A stretch of DNA of 64,000 nt from a virus: IMG/VR virus record IMGVR_UViG_3300004094_000049. One strand, 5' to 3'. How positions within the stretch are numbered: position 1 is the first letter of the stretch; each line of letters starts with the position of its first letter. A program made the translations under genes and the position numbers. Shown one piece after another: positions 41,436 through 51,052 of the stretch. The notes below the pieces were generated by a model, which ran no database searches, was not told where the DNA came from, and saw only the letters and a program-made list of their open reading frames with translations.

Positions 41436-42344
41436 ATGTTAGGTGCAATCATTGGCGACATTGTAGGTAGCCAGTATGAATTCTCTAATCGAAAAGGCTT
41501 TTATCTTCCACTTTTCTCAGGTCAGATATCAACATCTACCGAAGGTGTATCAACATTTACCGATGATACAATTTTAACATTAGCTACAGCGTCACAATTA
41601 AAGGCAGATGTTTCAGAGCCTGATTTTCGTTCCGCTTATCTCCGATATTTCTCCAACTACAGCGGCCAGAAAGCTAACGGGCCTGGCATTGGTGTGGGGT
41701 TTGGAGGAATGTTTGTTCGATGGGCTATGGGGGAAGATGAAGACTATGCGCCTTACAATAGCTGGGGTAACGGTGGGGCAATGAGAGTCAGTCCTGTGGC
41801 TTGGTTTGCTCAATCTGAAGAAGAAGTATTAAGACTCGCCAAAGCTTCTTCAATGGTCACACACAGCCACCAGCAAGGCATAGATGGCTCACAAGCTGTT
41901 GCATTAGCAATCTGGTTGGCTAGACAAGGAAAATCCAGTGATGCCATTTATGAGGCCATGAGCGAACGATTTGGCTATCGCTTCAATTTCACTTTGGACT
42001 ATTTAGAGCGAACCTACGTCTTTAGCGAGTATGCTAGGGACTCTGTCCCTCAAGCGATTTTTTGTGCTCTTGAGGCTGATTGTTTTGAAGATGCATTAAG
42101 GAATGTTCTTAAAATTGGGGGTGATACTGACACAATTGGCGCGATGGCAGGTTCGATTGCACAAGCGAAGTACGGGATACCACCTCGATTCTATTCATTT
42201 CTCAACCCGCTTGAGAAATGGGCACCAGAGCTTTATGAAGAAGCCATGGCCTTTCATAATGAATACTGTCGAGATTCAATAGTGCCAAAAGACATTGGAT
42301 TGTTTGAGAGATTTAAGAGAAAGTATAAGGAACATCGTTGCTAG
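41436..42344 (+). CDS. ADP-ribosylglycohydrolase (DraG/ARH family) 1
   Basis: MLGAIIGDIVG, FTDDTILT, SWGNGGAMRVSP, TH, GGDTDTIGAMAG. Confidence 0.92.
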   Translation: MLGAIIGDIVGSQYEFSNRKGFYLPLFSGQISTSTEGVSTFTDDTILTLATASQLKADVSEPDFRSAYLRYFSNYSGQKANGPGIGVGFGGMFVRWAMGEDEDYAPYNSWGNGGAMRVSPVAWFAQSEEEVLRLAKASSMVTHSHQQGIDGSQAVALAIWLARQGKSSDAIYEAMSERFGYRFNFTLDYLERTYVFSEYARDSVPQAIFCALEADCFEDALRNVLKIGGDTDTIGAMAGSIAQAKYGIPPRFYSFLNPLEKWAPELYEEAMAFHNEYCRDSIVPKDIGLFERFKRKYKEHRC

Positions 42345-42432
42345 TTTTTGAAATACATATTGTATGTCCTGTTGAGTAAAATCTTAAATATGTCTATTTT
42401 TTTTCAACTAGAAGTTTAACTTGGAGGCGTTA

Positions 42433-43401
42433 ATGTTCTTGGAGTTTGGTTTAACACTAGATAATGATTACATTCATGTCTCTGAAGTCGAGAGTGGCGC
42501 ATGTGACGTAGTTTGCCCTTTTTGCAAAGGCGAGTTGATAGCAAAAAAAGGTAAGATTAAATCGCACCATTTTGCACATGCCCAAGATACCTGTGCTGAA
42601 TCTTTACAGGTCATTCAGCAGATTCAGATCCCTACTATTGATACGTTTGAGTACTTAGATACCAGTGAGAAGAAATACATGGATCGCCGTAGTCGGTATG
42701 ACCATAGTTCCATCTTCTCATGGAAAGGTATGAATCAAGCAATCAAGCGACTTAATGCCATGGGCCTGGTAGAGATCAGTAGGAAAGAGTCACGAGAGAT
42801 ATTGGATGCTAAGTCACAACTGAAGGAATTGACCTCATTATTTCATGCAGATGGAAGTCCTAAACCCGAATTTTATGCCGTTCTAGAGGCACTTGAACCC
42901 ATATGCAAGGCCAAATCTAAATGGAAACGTGGTGAAACGGTCGATGTGAAAATAAGTCGTGATTACTTTAAGCATGAGATCAGGCACCCAGAATCTACAT
43001 CACTTAACGCCCTATCAAAAAGTCAGCTTTTCTGGATGGATGCCTTTCGTAAAAGACAAGAAGCGTTTTTCCCAGAATGTCTTGAAATGCTTGATTTGAA
43101 AATGAAATACATCGATAGCCAAAATTTGTACCTAATGCAATTTACCAATGGCACTGAGATCATTCATAAGATTGGTGTGACGACAAAGAGCGCGACTCAA
43201 AGGCTGAAGGAAGTAGAGCGAATGATTAAGTCATATGGATTCTATGATGGACAGGTTCTATGTGTGGTTCCTAATATGGGTCGAGTTGAGAGGCTTGCAC
43301 ACCGTCATTACAAAACTCAGCACTATAAGTTGGGCCGTTTCCAAGAGTTCTTTTCATTTAAAGACATTAACGCTGTAGAAGGTGTCCTTAAATCACTTTA
43401 A
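42433..43401 (+). CDS. CoiA-like zinc-finger plus GIY-YIG/T5orf172-like domain protein
   Basis: CPFCKGELIAKKGKIKSHHFAH; C-term LYLM...HKIGVTTK...RLKE. Confidence 0.6.
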   Translation: MFLEFGLTLDNDYIHVSEVESGACDVVCPFCKGELIAKKGKIKSHHFAHAQDTCAESLQVIQQIQIPTIDTFEYLDTSEKKYMDRRSRYDHSSIFSWKGMNQAIKRLNAMGLVEISRKESREILDAKSQLKELTSLFHADGSPKPEFYAVLEALEPICKAKSKWKRGETVDVKISRDYFKHEIRHPESTSLNALSKSQLFWMDAFRKRQEAFFPECLEMLDLKMKYIDSQNLYLMQFTNGTEIIHKIGVTTKSATQRLKEVERMIKSYGFYDGQVLCVVPNMGRVERLAHRHYKTQHYKLGRFQEFFSFKDINAVEGVLKSL

Positions 43402-43510
43402 CCTTGTCTTGATGTCCTCAAAATCAAATTTTGTGTCCTCAACTGCACATAATGTCCTTAAATATTGATTATCCCCTGTCTTGATAGTAAGTTTAACCCA
43501 ATTAAGGACA
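43383..43510. repeat. cluster of TGTCCTYAA motifs upstream of the Fic gene
   Basis: Direct copies at 43383, 43413, 43434, 43453 and an inverted copy TTAAGGACA at 43502. Confidence 0.75.
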
Positions 43511-43526
43511 TTTTAAGTGACTGCAT

Positions 43527-44942
43527 GTGAATTTAAGACATTATATCGATGAAGAGCTTGCCCTGCTCCTGGAGGCTGTTAGCGCTTCAGAGAGTGCCCT
43601 CACCATTAATGAGGTAGCCAAGAATGTTCAGCTAGATATCTCGGACAAAACCCTTCAAAGAAGACTCAAGCGATTAGTATCTGAAGGCAAGATTACAACT
43701 GAAGGATCTGGCCGTGGCCTTAAGTATAAGGCTTCAGAGAATAGCCTCATTAAATCTTCTAAGCCTGAAGATCTGATCTCTGAGCCTGCTGTCATGACTG
43801 GCAATATCATATTTTCTCAAGAGTCATTAAGGAAACTAGAGAGACTTGATACGCCATCTTTTGCTCGCGATAAGGTGTCTTATGATACATCGCTTGTTGA
43901 GAAGTACGTGCCAAATACGACGCGCTTCGTGTCACCTGAATTGTCGAGCCGCCTTGTCGAAATGGGTAAGCGGTTCAACAGTAAGTTGGCCGCAGGGACT
44001 TATGCAAAGGATATTGCTCAACGTCTTTTAATCGACCTGTCATACAACTCCAGCCGCTTAGAGGGTAATACGTACTCTATTCTCGATACGGAGAAGTTAC
44101 TTGAGATTGGTGAGGTAGCAGATGGCAAGATGGATGAAGAAACAATCATGCTTCTTAACCACAAGGAAGCGATCTTGTTTCTGATCGAGAACGCCGAAGA
44201 GTTAACCATTAGCCCTTTTGTTATACGCAATATTCATCAATTGCTTTCACAAGATTTACTTGATGAGCCTTATATGTCGGGGCAAATTAGGGAGAAAGAA
44301 GTAAAGATCACCATGACTTCTTACTTGCCCGTCAGTGGATTTCAACTTCTTGAGGAACTGTTTACATTATTGCTACGAAAAGCTAGTCAAATCACTGACC
44401 CGTTTGAGCAGTCTTTCTTTTTGCTCATTCACTTGTCATACCTACAAGCATTCATTGACGTCAATAAGCGAACGGCTCGACTTAGCTGTAATCTGCCTTT
44501 CATTAAAGACAACCTGTGCCCATTGAGCTTTGTTGATGTGCCCAAAGATGACTATCTGCGTTCTTTGGTGTATTTCTATGAGACAGGTGATCATCAGCCT
44601 TGTCTTGAGGTGTTTATGTGGGCTTATGAGCGTTCTAGCCAGCAATACACGGTTGTTGAGAAATCGATGGGTAAGATTGATGCTTATCGAATCAAGTATC
44701 GTGCTAAACGTAAAGAAGTTATTGGTCGTATAATTCGTGATATGGTTGTTGGGGCTAATATTGCAATCATTTTAGAGCAGTTTTGCCTTGAGAACAAAAT
44801 TGAAAATCCAGACAAGTTTATCTCTATCGTTACAGTTGAACTAAGCAAGCTGCACAGTGGTGCTATTTTAACGCTAGGCGTGACTGAAAGCACATTCATA
44901 GATTGGCAAGCAAAGTACAAAAAATCACAGGAATTTAAGTAA
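43527..44942 (+). CDS. Fic-domain protein with N-terminal HTH
   Basis: LSYNSSRLEGN, Fic-like YLQAFIDVNKRTARL; HTH ISDKTLQRRLKRL. Confidence 0.85.
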   Translation: MNLRHYIDEELALLLEAVSASESALTINEVAKNVQLDISDKTLQRRLKRLVSEGKITTEGSGRGLKYKASENSLIKSSKPEDLISEPAVMTGNIIFSQESLRKLERLDTPSFARDKVSYDTSLVEKYVPNTTRFVSPELSSRLVEMGKRFNSKLAAGTYAKDIAQRLLIDLSYNSSRLEGNTYSILDTEKLLEIGEVADGKMDEETIMLLNHKEAILFLIENAEELTISPFVIRNIHQLLSQDLLDEPYMSGQIREKEVKITMTSYLPVSGFQLLEELFTLLLRKASQITDPFEQSFFLLIHLSYLQAFIDVNKRTARLSCNLPFIKDNLCPLSFVDVPKDDYLRSLVYFYETGDHQPCLEVFMWAYERSSQQYTVVEKSMGKIDAYRIKYRAKRKEVIGRIIRDMVVGANIAIILEQFCLENKIENPDKFISIVTVELSKLHSGAILTLGVTESTFIDWQAKYKKSQEFK

Positions 44943-45355
44943 TGCAGTCGATAGATCAGCACATAATTAAGATGCTTGAGGACATGAGAGAAAGGCTGGC
45001 GCTTCAATGCGACGGCTTTTGTCAGCTCGCTTCACACTACCTGACTGAAATGGGCATTGATCATGAAATAGCTGGTGGATATATGCTATTTAATCAGCAA
45101 CACATACAGCACTTTTGGATCGAGTTTACTGATACTCCTTTCATTGCTGACTACTGTGCTCGCATGTGGTTTCCAACGCTTGGTGAGGCAGTGCCACACG
45201 GGGTCTTTAAGATAGCGGATTACAGGGAAAACTATATCTTTGAGAAATACGCAAAAAGTGGTGAGCTTTCTAAGCTACTTGTCAGCATTCATGAGTCAGA
45301 TACTAAGGAGCTTTGGGAAAACAGTCTCAAGCAACTGTCTAAACAAACTCATTAA
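44942..45355 (+). CDS. hypothetical protein with possible Cys-His transglutaminase-like core
   Basis: TAATG-coupled to Fic gene; QCDGFC...HFWIE. Confidence 0.55.
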   Translation: MQSIDQHIIKMLEDMRERLALQCDGFCQLASHYLTEMGIDHEIAGGYMLFNQQHIQHFWIEFTDTPFIADYCARMWFPTLGEAVPHGVFKIADYRENYIFEKYAKSGELSKLLVSIHESDTKELWENSLKQLSKQTH

Positions 45356-45388
45356 ATCATAGAGCACGATTAGTGCTCTTTTTTATAG

Positions 45389-45844
45389 TCATACACCGTA
45401 GAACTCATCAATCAAGCTTTTGAATCGCGATAGAAATTCTTTGTCGGTATCAATCTCAACACCATATTTTCTTTCAGCATTTCTAAATTCGTCTATCAGA
45501 CGCCCTTCTCTCTCATTGTGAGTGCCAGATAGAATTGTGCTTATCTCATCCCATGTGTTTTCTGGATCGCCGCCCCTTGCGTCAGATTCAATCTTAAACT
45601 TGAGGGTTGCTAGAAACAGATCTCTAGGTTCAAGGCGCAATGCTTTCGCGGTCGCGATGATTTTTCCATATGGTAGGCCCATCTTACCTTTGCTGAGCAA
45701 GGTTAATGCTGGAGAGTCTGTCTTAGATTCTTTGCGAGCCAGTCCGATTTCACGCACAAGCGCTTGATTGTTGGCATCTGGCCGATTTCGCAATCCTAAC
45801 TTGATGAGGTCACTTAATTCTAAATGATCATGATTGTGCTTCAT
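45389..45844 (-). CDS. XRE-like HTH transcriptional regulator
   Basis: LTLLSKGKMGLPYGKIIATAKALRLEPRDLF. Confidence 0.6.
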   Translation of the reverse strand: MKHNHDHLELSDLIKLGLRNRPDANNQALVREIGLARKESKTDSPALTLLSKGKMGLPYGKIIATAKALRLEPRDLFLATLKFKIESDARGGDPENTWDEISTILSGTHNEREGRLIDEFRNAERKYGVEIDTDKEFLSRFKSLIDEFYGV

Positions 45845-46115
45845 TTTAATCTACTCTATGTTTGTCTTTCGTCAGGCAGTTCCACCTTGCGATTTATCTT
45901 TACCAATTGGCCTACGATTATATTAAATAAAATAAACGACTCATATCTAAGAGGAACAATGAGTCAAAACCATTATTGGTTTATAAAGTATGGCGTTTAT
46001 GCGCTTAGCATTCAAGTGAGCGGTTCCAAAATGTCATTAAGTTCACACGCTATAAATTGTTCTCCCTTACTTTATGCATTAATATTTCATAAATTATCGA
46101 AAAAGAGTGAATTCT

Positions 46116-46424
46116 ATGTCAGATGAATTAGGTTTGGCTTTACTTGAGTACATTGCAACAGGTGAAGGTAGAACATTTCTCGCCTTTACTGGCTCTAAAT
46201 CCGAAGCTCTAGATTGGTTTGGTGATTACTTTGCCATAGGAATGGTCTTTAAGACGGATTCTGAATGGCTTGCACTGGATTCCAAGTCGGATTTATCTAA
46301 GCAAGAAGAGGAAGACTTTTGTTTTCTTCAAGTCTTTAAGGATGAATGCCCAAATGCTTGGACAATGTTTTCCATGGGCCGTAAACCAAGTATTGCCTAC
46401 AGGTTCCACTATAACGTGTCTTGA
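46116..46424 (+). CDS. hypothetical protein
   Basis: ~102 aa from ATG 46116, followed by a hairpin. Confidence 0.5.
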   Translation: MSDELGLALLEYIATGEGRTFLAFTGSKSEALDWFGDYFAIGMVFKTDSEWLALDSKSDLSKQEEEDFCFLQVFKDECPNAWTMFSMGRKPSIAYRFHYNVS

Positions 46425-46456
46425 GTGTTGAAAATAATGGCCCTAAGGGCCATTGT

Positions 46457-47269
46457 TCACTTGATGTGGCCGATCATTCTATCTAGAAAGCTCGGCTGAG
46501 AAGGGTGACTCATTTTGACGGGAAACTCGCGGTAATGCTCTTCTATAATTCCCCATAGCCCTGGGTGGCTTACTTTTAGTTTTTGGCTAACAATGGCGGC
46601 ATACTCACTGTCTAAGCCGATTAAGAGTTCAAACCAATAGGAGCCTAAGAACATTGCATAGATGTTCTCTTGTTCGCGCAAGTACTTCATCGTGTCTCTG
46701 AAACAATCACTAAGCAATGCATCATAAGCAACGTACATAGCATCAATCAGTTGCTCGTTGTAAAGTTGCTCGCAGAGCTTTTCTACTTTGGTTGGGATTT
46801 CTATGTTTAGCTCTGACTTTTCCAGCAAAGCGGTGATCTGAAGAATAGTCAGGATGTCTGATGCATCCTCATCTGTTCTGGCATATGTTGAAATCAAATC
46901 TGCTTGAGTAAGCCAATGATCGCCATTTTTTCTAATCGCTAACACAAAAGGCAGTAAGATACGCAGCGGCAGGTTTGAAATTCGCTCGGTTATACCTGTC
47001 ACCCAATCAAGAAGCTCCATATCCATTTGGTCGGTTAACATCGGATAATGACGTGTTGCTTCAGGGATATACCGTTTCAACGTTGTGCCCAGCATATCGA
47101 TAGGATCAACGCCAGTTCGAGACGAAAATAGCGCAGTGCCTGTCGCAACAGAAGAGATGTTGAGTGGGAGCTTCTGGAGTTCTAACTCAACATGCTTATC
47201 ATTTGTCATCACTTCTGTTTTCATTTGAGAAAACAGCTCAGATAAAATCAAACTGATCATTACCACCAC
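46457..47269 (-). CDS. hypothetical protein coupled to ARH2
   Basis: Overlaps or closely follows the ARH2 stop; start uncertain. Confidence 0.6.
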   Translation of the reverse strand: MVVMISLILSELFSQMKTEVMTNDKHVELELQKLPLNISSVATGTALFSSRTGVDPIDMLGTTLKRYIPEATRHYPMLTDQMDMELLDWVTGITERISNLPLRILLPFVLAIRKNGDHWLTQADLISTYARTDEDASDILTILQITALLEKSELNIEIPTKVEKLCEQLYNEQLIDAMYVAYDALLSDCFRDTMKYLREQENIYAMFLGSYWFELLIGLDSEYAAIVSQKLKVSHPGLWGIIEEHYREFPVKMSHPSQPSFLDRMIGHIK

Positions 47270-48108
47270 CTCTTGAAAGATTGTTGCTTTTTGAAGCCGA
47301 CTTCTTCGCGAAACTGAATATACAACTTGTACAGTTCAGGCTCATGATCTTCTAAAATTGTAAGGGCCTTGGTTTCGACTTCTGAATCTATTCCAAAAAA
47401 AGCCTCTGCAATACCACCAGCGATTGCGCCTGTTGTATCACTGTCGCCACCGACGTACTGAACTAAGCGCATGGTTTCTTCAAACGAATCCGATTCTAAA
47501 AAGCAGTAGATGGCAACGGGCACTGACCCTTTTGCTGACACATCAAAGCGATACTTTTCACGGAGCACTTGAGTTTGGAAGAAAAGATCATAACCAATGA
47601 CATCTTCTATATAGCTCTTGATGTCTTTTTTTGTGCCGCCCATACGCGCAATGTAAATCGACATCGCGGTAGCTACTGCACCTTTGATACCTTCTGCATG
47701 ATTGTGCGTACACTTGGCGCTTTTAATGCTTTCAATGAGGACGGTACGATGATCGTTGTTGGCCCACGCTATAGGACTTACACGCATTGCTGCGCCATTA
47801 CCCCAACTGTTGTAGGGTGTCGGGTCGTAATTGTAATTTCGCGCCCATTGAGCAAACATTTCGCCAAAACCAACCTTATGCTTCTGCTCTGTATCTATTT
47901 CTTCATGGATATACTTGCGAGCCATTGAGGCATAATGATTCTCATAGTTACTAGACCCACCAAGTATGGTTTTTGCAGTCGCTAGAGTCAGTAATGTATC
48001 ATCTGTAAATGAGCTACCCTCAGGAAATAGCTCAAAGGCATAATCTGGCTTTGTATCAGAAAACTCGAAAGTACTTCCAATAATGTCGCCAATAATTGCA
48101 CCCAACAT
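47260..48108 (-). CDS. ADP-ribosylglycohydrolase (DraG/ARH family) 2
   Basis: MLGAIIGDIIG, FTDDTLLT, SWGNGAAMRVSP, THNH, GGDSDTTGAIAG. Confidence 0.92.
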   Translation of the reverse strand: MLGAIIGDIIGSTFEFSDTKPDYAFELFPEGSSFTDDTLLTLATAKTILGGSSNYENHYASMARKYIHEEIDTEQKHKVGFGEMFAQWARNYNYDPTPYNSWGNGAAMRVSPIAWANNDHRTVLIESIKSAKCTHNHAEGIKGAVATAMSIYIARMGGTKKDIKSYIEDVIGYDLFFQTQVLREKYRFDVSAKGSVPVAIYCFLESDSFEETMRLVQYVGGDSDTTGAIAGGIAEAFFGIDSEVETKALTILEDHEPELYKLYIQFREEVGFKKQQSFKRWW

Positions 48109-48188
48109 ATTATTATTCCATTTATTAGTAACGGTAAGGTATAATACGCCAATTTCGATTAAAGTTAAATAATATAAAGTATATTAGA

Positions 48189-49235
48189 ATGAAGAAAGCC
48201 TTTGTATTTGGTGGGATTTTGACCGCCCTATATTCAATCTCTGCAATTGCATCTCCTGAACATATGGATGTGGAAAATCATATGGATTCTAAAGAGATTT
48301 TCCATAGGTTGTCCACCTTGATTGTCACACCCTATCACCTTCCAACTCACAACTTCAAAAAGCGGATCTACTTTGGAGCTGATACCGAGCAGGCTTGTGA
48401 ATTTCGCGATAAAGGTTTCATTAATTTTGTAGACCTGGAAGGTGGCCGAGTAACGAACATTGACTTAGATTTCGACATGCCAAGTCAAAAAGCCATGCTT
48501 GAGACAGATCCCGAAGAGGTGGCTAGCGTTATTAAGCGTGCTGGGAATCAAGCAAAAGAGCAATGCTTTGATGTGGTTCTGGGGCCAGTGACTGACTATG
48601 GTGTCACAGACAGAGAGTTGTACCAGATGGCGGACAAGCCAACAATCGATACTTCAGGCGCGACCAAGCGACTGGCTAAGATAGCTCAAGTTTATGAAGA
48701 TATGGGAATTATCCCAACCTATAAACATTACCCTGTCACTAAATTCATTGGTGATAGCCCCGAATATAGGAGCATGTCTCAGAAGTACATCAAGACGCCA
48801 GACGAACTCTATAATGGCTATGTCGAAGCAGAGCCTAAAACCATTAAAGATAGTGAAAGCTCTGAATACAAACAGGTGGTTAGCGATGTTGAAAAGCAGA
48901 TAAATACTGGCCCTCAAAGGTCAATGGTTATGCTAGCTAACTATGCAATCAAAGAGTACGGATACCTACCCTATGTTATGAGCGATGCACCACAGCACGA
49001 TCCTGTTTTAAAGAACTACGATGGCTTGATCATTACGGATGACCTTTACCAAATCAGAATCAATAGCGATACCAGCACCAAGATTTTTAAGAATGCGGAT
49101 TTGTTCATCATAACAAGCCTTGAAGACCTACAAACATTCGTAAGGAACATTGCCACGGCCACACATGGCTCTATAGAGATGCAAGAACTGCTGATTGAAA
49201 AGTCTGATAAGGTAGATGCGTTTTTTGAGCAATGA
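48189..49235 (+). CDS. secreted GH3 N-terminal-domain protein (NagZ-like)
   Basis: Signal peptide; VDLEGGRV, YKHYP, DGLIITDDL. Confidence 0.65.
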   Translation: MKKAFVFGGILTALYSISAIASPEHMDVENHMDSKEIFHRLSTLIVTPYHLPTHNFKKRIYFGADTEQACEFRDKGFINFVDLEGGRVTNIDLDFDMPSQKAMLETDPEEVASVIKRAGNQAKEQCFDVVLGPVTDYGVTDRELYQMADKPTIDTSGATKRLAKIAQVYEDMGIIPTYKHYPVTKFIGDSPEYRSMSQKYIKTPDELYNGYVEAEPKTIKDSESSEYKQVVSDVEKQINTGPQRSMVMLANYAIKEYGYLPYVMSDAPQHDPVLKNYDGLIITDDLYQIRINSDTSTKIFKNADLFIITSLEDLQTFVRNIATATHGSIEMQELLIEKSDKVDAFFEQ

Positions 49236-49339
49236 TCTGTTCAACTTTCTTGGTGTAGAAAAGTCGAACAAGAGGTTTTGGTATCAAAATTAATCCCAAC
49301 ACTTATCTTGAGCAGTGATAATGTTGGGATTTCAATATA

Positions 49340-49356
49340 TTAGATAACGGTCTAGT
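49340..49356 (+). repeat. 17-bp dispersed site, copy 4 (TTAGATAACGGTCTAGT)
   Basis: Exact consensus, 1 bp from the stop of 49358..49852. Confidence 0.9.
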
Positions 49357-49357
49357 A

Positions 49358-49852
49358 CTACATTGCAAAACGAATATGCTTTTCTTCATCTAAGCAATGG
49401 TCAACCGTGTCTACTACCTTATAGGCCGAGCATAAGGTAGCATCAGAGTACGTAGAGTTTTCAGTCACTGTCACTTCACCCGACTTATCAAATTCAAAAT
49501 CTAGCGTATCTGTGCCGATTGGCAACAGGAATGGTAGAGGTAAACCTGCAAACACAATGTAGCCGCGCCATGCTGTTCGCTCATACTTCCAAACCTCAGA
49601 GCCATCACTTTTCGATTCAATGGCATTGGGTTGACCAAACTGCTCTTTGACATTTTCCTTGTTTACTAACTGATATGTAGTTGGCTTATCATTCCAGTCA
49701 GTGACAAATGTACCGCCGAACCCATGATCTAACGAGCAATTGTCTTCGCAAGTGAACTCAGAAGTCTCAGTTCGATCAATGAGACCCACACAGCCTGATG
49801 TGAATAAAATAAGCGCCCCTGAGAGCGCTGTTTTGAACAGATGATTTTTCAA
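49358..49852 (-). CDS. lipoprotein with BamE/SmpA-like domain
   Basis: Lipobox FTSGC; KENVKEQFGQP...GSEVWKY. Confidence 0.6.
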   Translation of the reverse strand: MKNHLFKTALSGALILFTSGCVGLIDRTETSEFTCEDNCSLDHGFGGTFVTDWNDKPTTYQLVNKENVKEQFGQPNAIESKSDGSEVWKYERTAWRGYIVFAGLPLPFLLPIGTDTLDFEFDKSGEVTVTENSTYSDATLCSAYKVVDTVDHCLDEEKHIRFAM

Positions 49853-49885
49853 ATTGCTTCCAACCTATCGTCGCCAGTCTAACGT

Positions 49886-50902
49886 TTAAAAGGGTACTTG
49901 TTCTAACTGAGAGTTTGAAACTCGGTTCAAATTACCTAACTCACTAAACTCCAGTCTCTTAAATGCTTCTTGTCCTGGCGATATGCTAACGAAATCACCG
50001 AGTAGCAATTTCTCCACCACACCATCCATAGACACATAGAAGTTTGATTCACGCGAGCCTGCTGCAAGACACACTGCCTTTGTTACTCGTGTTACCGAAA
50101 CTTCTGAATTTGAACTGTCTGTAAAAAGATCTGTATTTCCAAGGTGTAGCACAGAGTATAGATCATTCAAGGGCATATCCCTTGAATTGCAGAAGCCATC
50201 ATAAATTACGTCATACCTGTCTGCTAGATTGAGAGCTTTAGAGCGCTCTTTGACATTCTCAAGTAGGCTGGCGTCACCCATAAACTTAGTTTCAGCGGTA
50301 AAGTCGCCTATTCCAAGTTCATCTTCATCTAGAAACGAAATCACTTCTCCGTAATACAGGGGCCTATCTTTCATCTGTTCAAAATCGCATGTGCCAATTT
50401 TATCGAAAACTATCATGTACATACTGTTTTCATCATCACAAATCATGATGTCACTTCGATGTATTGACCCTTGTGGTTGCATTATACGCGACAAGATTGA
50501 TTCATCAGGTAACAAGTCACTTTTTAGTTGATGGTAGGTCGGTGTGTTTTTCTTTACGATTCTTGCAGTACCCAAATCATGCTTAAAGGCTTCTGTAAAA
50601 TCCGAATCAATGAGTAAGCTGCCAATCTTCGATAGCTGGTCATTATCCATATTAAGGATCCCATTTAGTAAGGTACTATCAAATTGAACAGGGCATCCAT
50701 TCTCTTTATAATGAGATATCAAAGATTGATGCGATTGCTCATTGGAAGGAACAATGACATGACTACCATCTAGGGTTGTTAAAGTGCCTGTAACAAAATC
50801 AGGTTTTGCACCAGTACCCCAACACTTCAATAGCTCATCGATATTGTCGAAACTTACAGTCTCGATACCTGATGATGACTGAACTTTAAATTCCAAACTC
50901 AT
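49886..50902 (-). CDS. hypothetical protein
   Basis: 338-aa ORF. Confidence 0.65.
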   Translation of the reverse strand: MSLEFKVQSSSGIETVSFDNIDELLKCWGTGAKPDFVTGTLTTLDGSHVIVPSNEQSHQSLISHYKENGCPVQFDSTLLNGILNMDNDQLSKIGSLLIDSDFTEAFKHDLGTARIVKKNTPTYHQLKSDLLPDESILSRIMQPQGSIHRSDIMICDDENSMYMIVFDKIGTCDFEQMKDRPLYYGEVISFLDEDELGIGDFTAETKFMGDASLLENVKERSKALNLADRYDVIYDGFCNSRDMPLNDLYSVLHLGNTDLFTDSSNSEVSVTRVTKAVCLAAGSRESNFYVSMDGVVEKLLLGDFVSISPGQEAFKRLEFSELGNLNRVSNSQLEQVPF

Positions 50903-51052
50903 ATTAAACTCATGCTTTATTTTACTTTTTATTATATCAAGACTTCACTTTTCCATCAATCCAATCACCAATTCTGTACGAAAAAGAGTAAAGATTGACT
51001 TCTGGGCAACTCTTTTATATATTTTAACAAAAATAAACAATAAGCGATAAAA

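Noticed and set aside
48125-48138. TTAGTAACGGTAAG as a fifth 17-bp site
   Set aside because: Needs a gap and the right arm is absent
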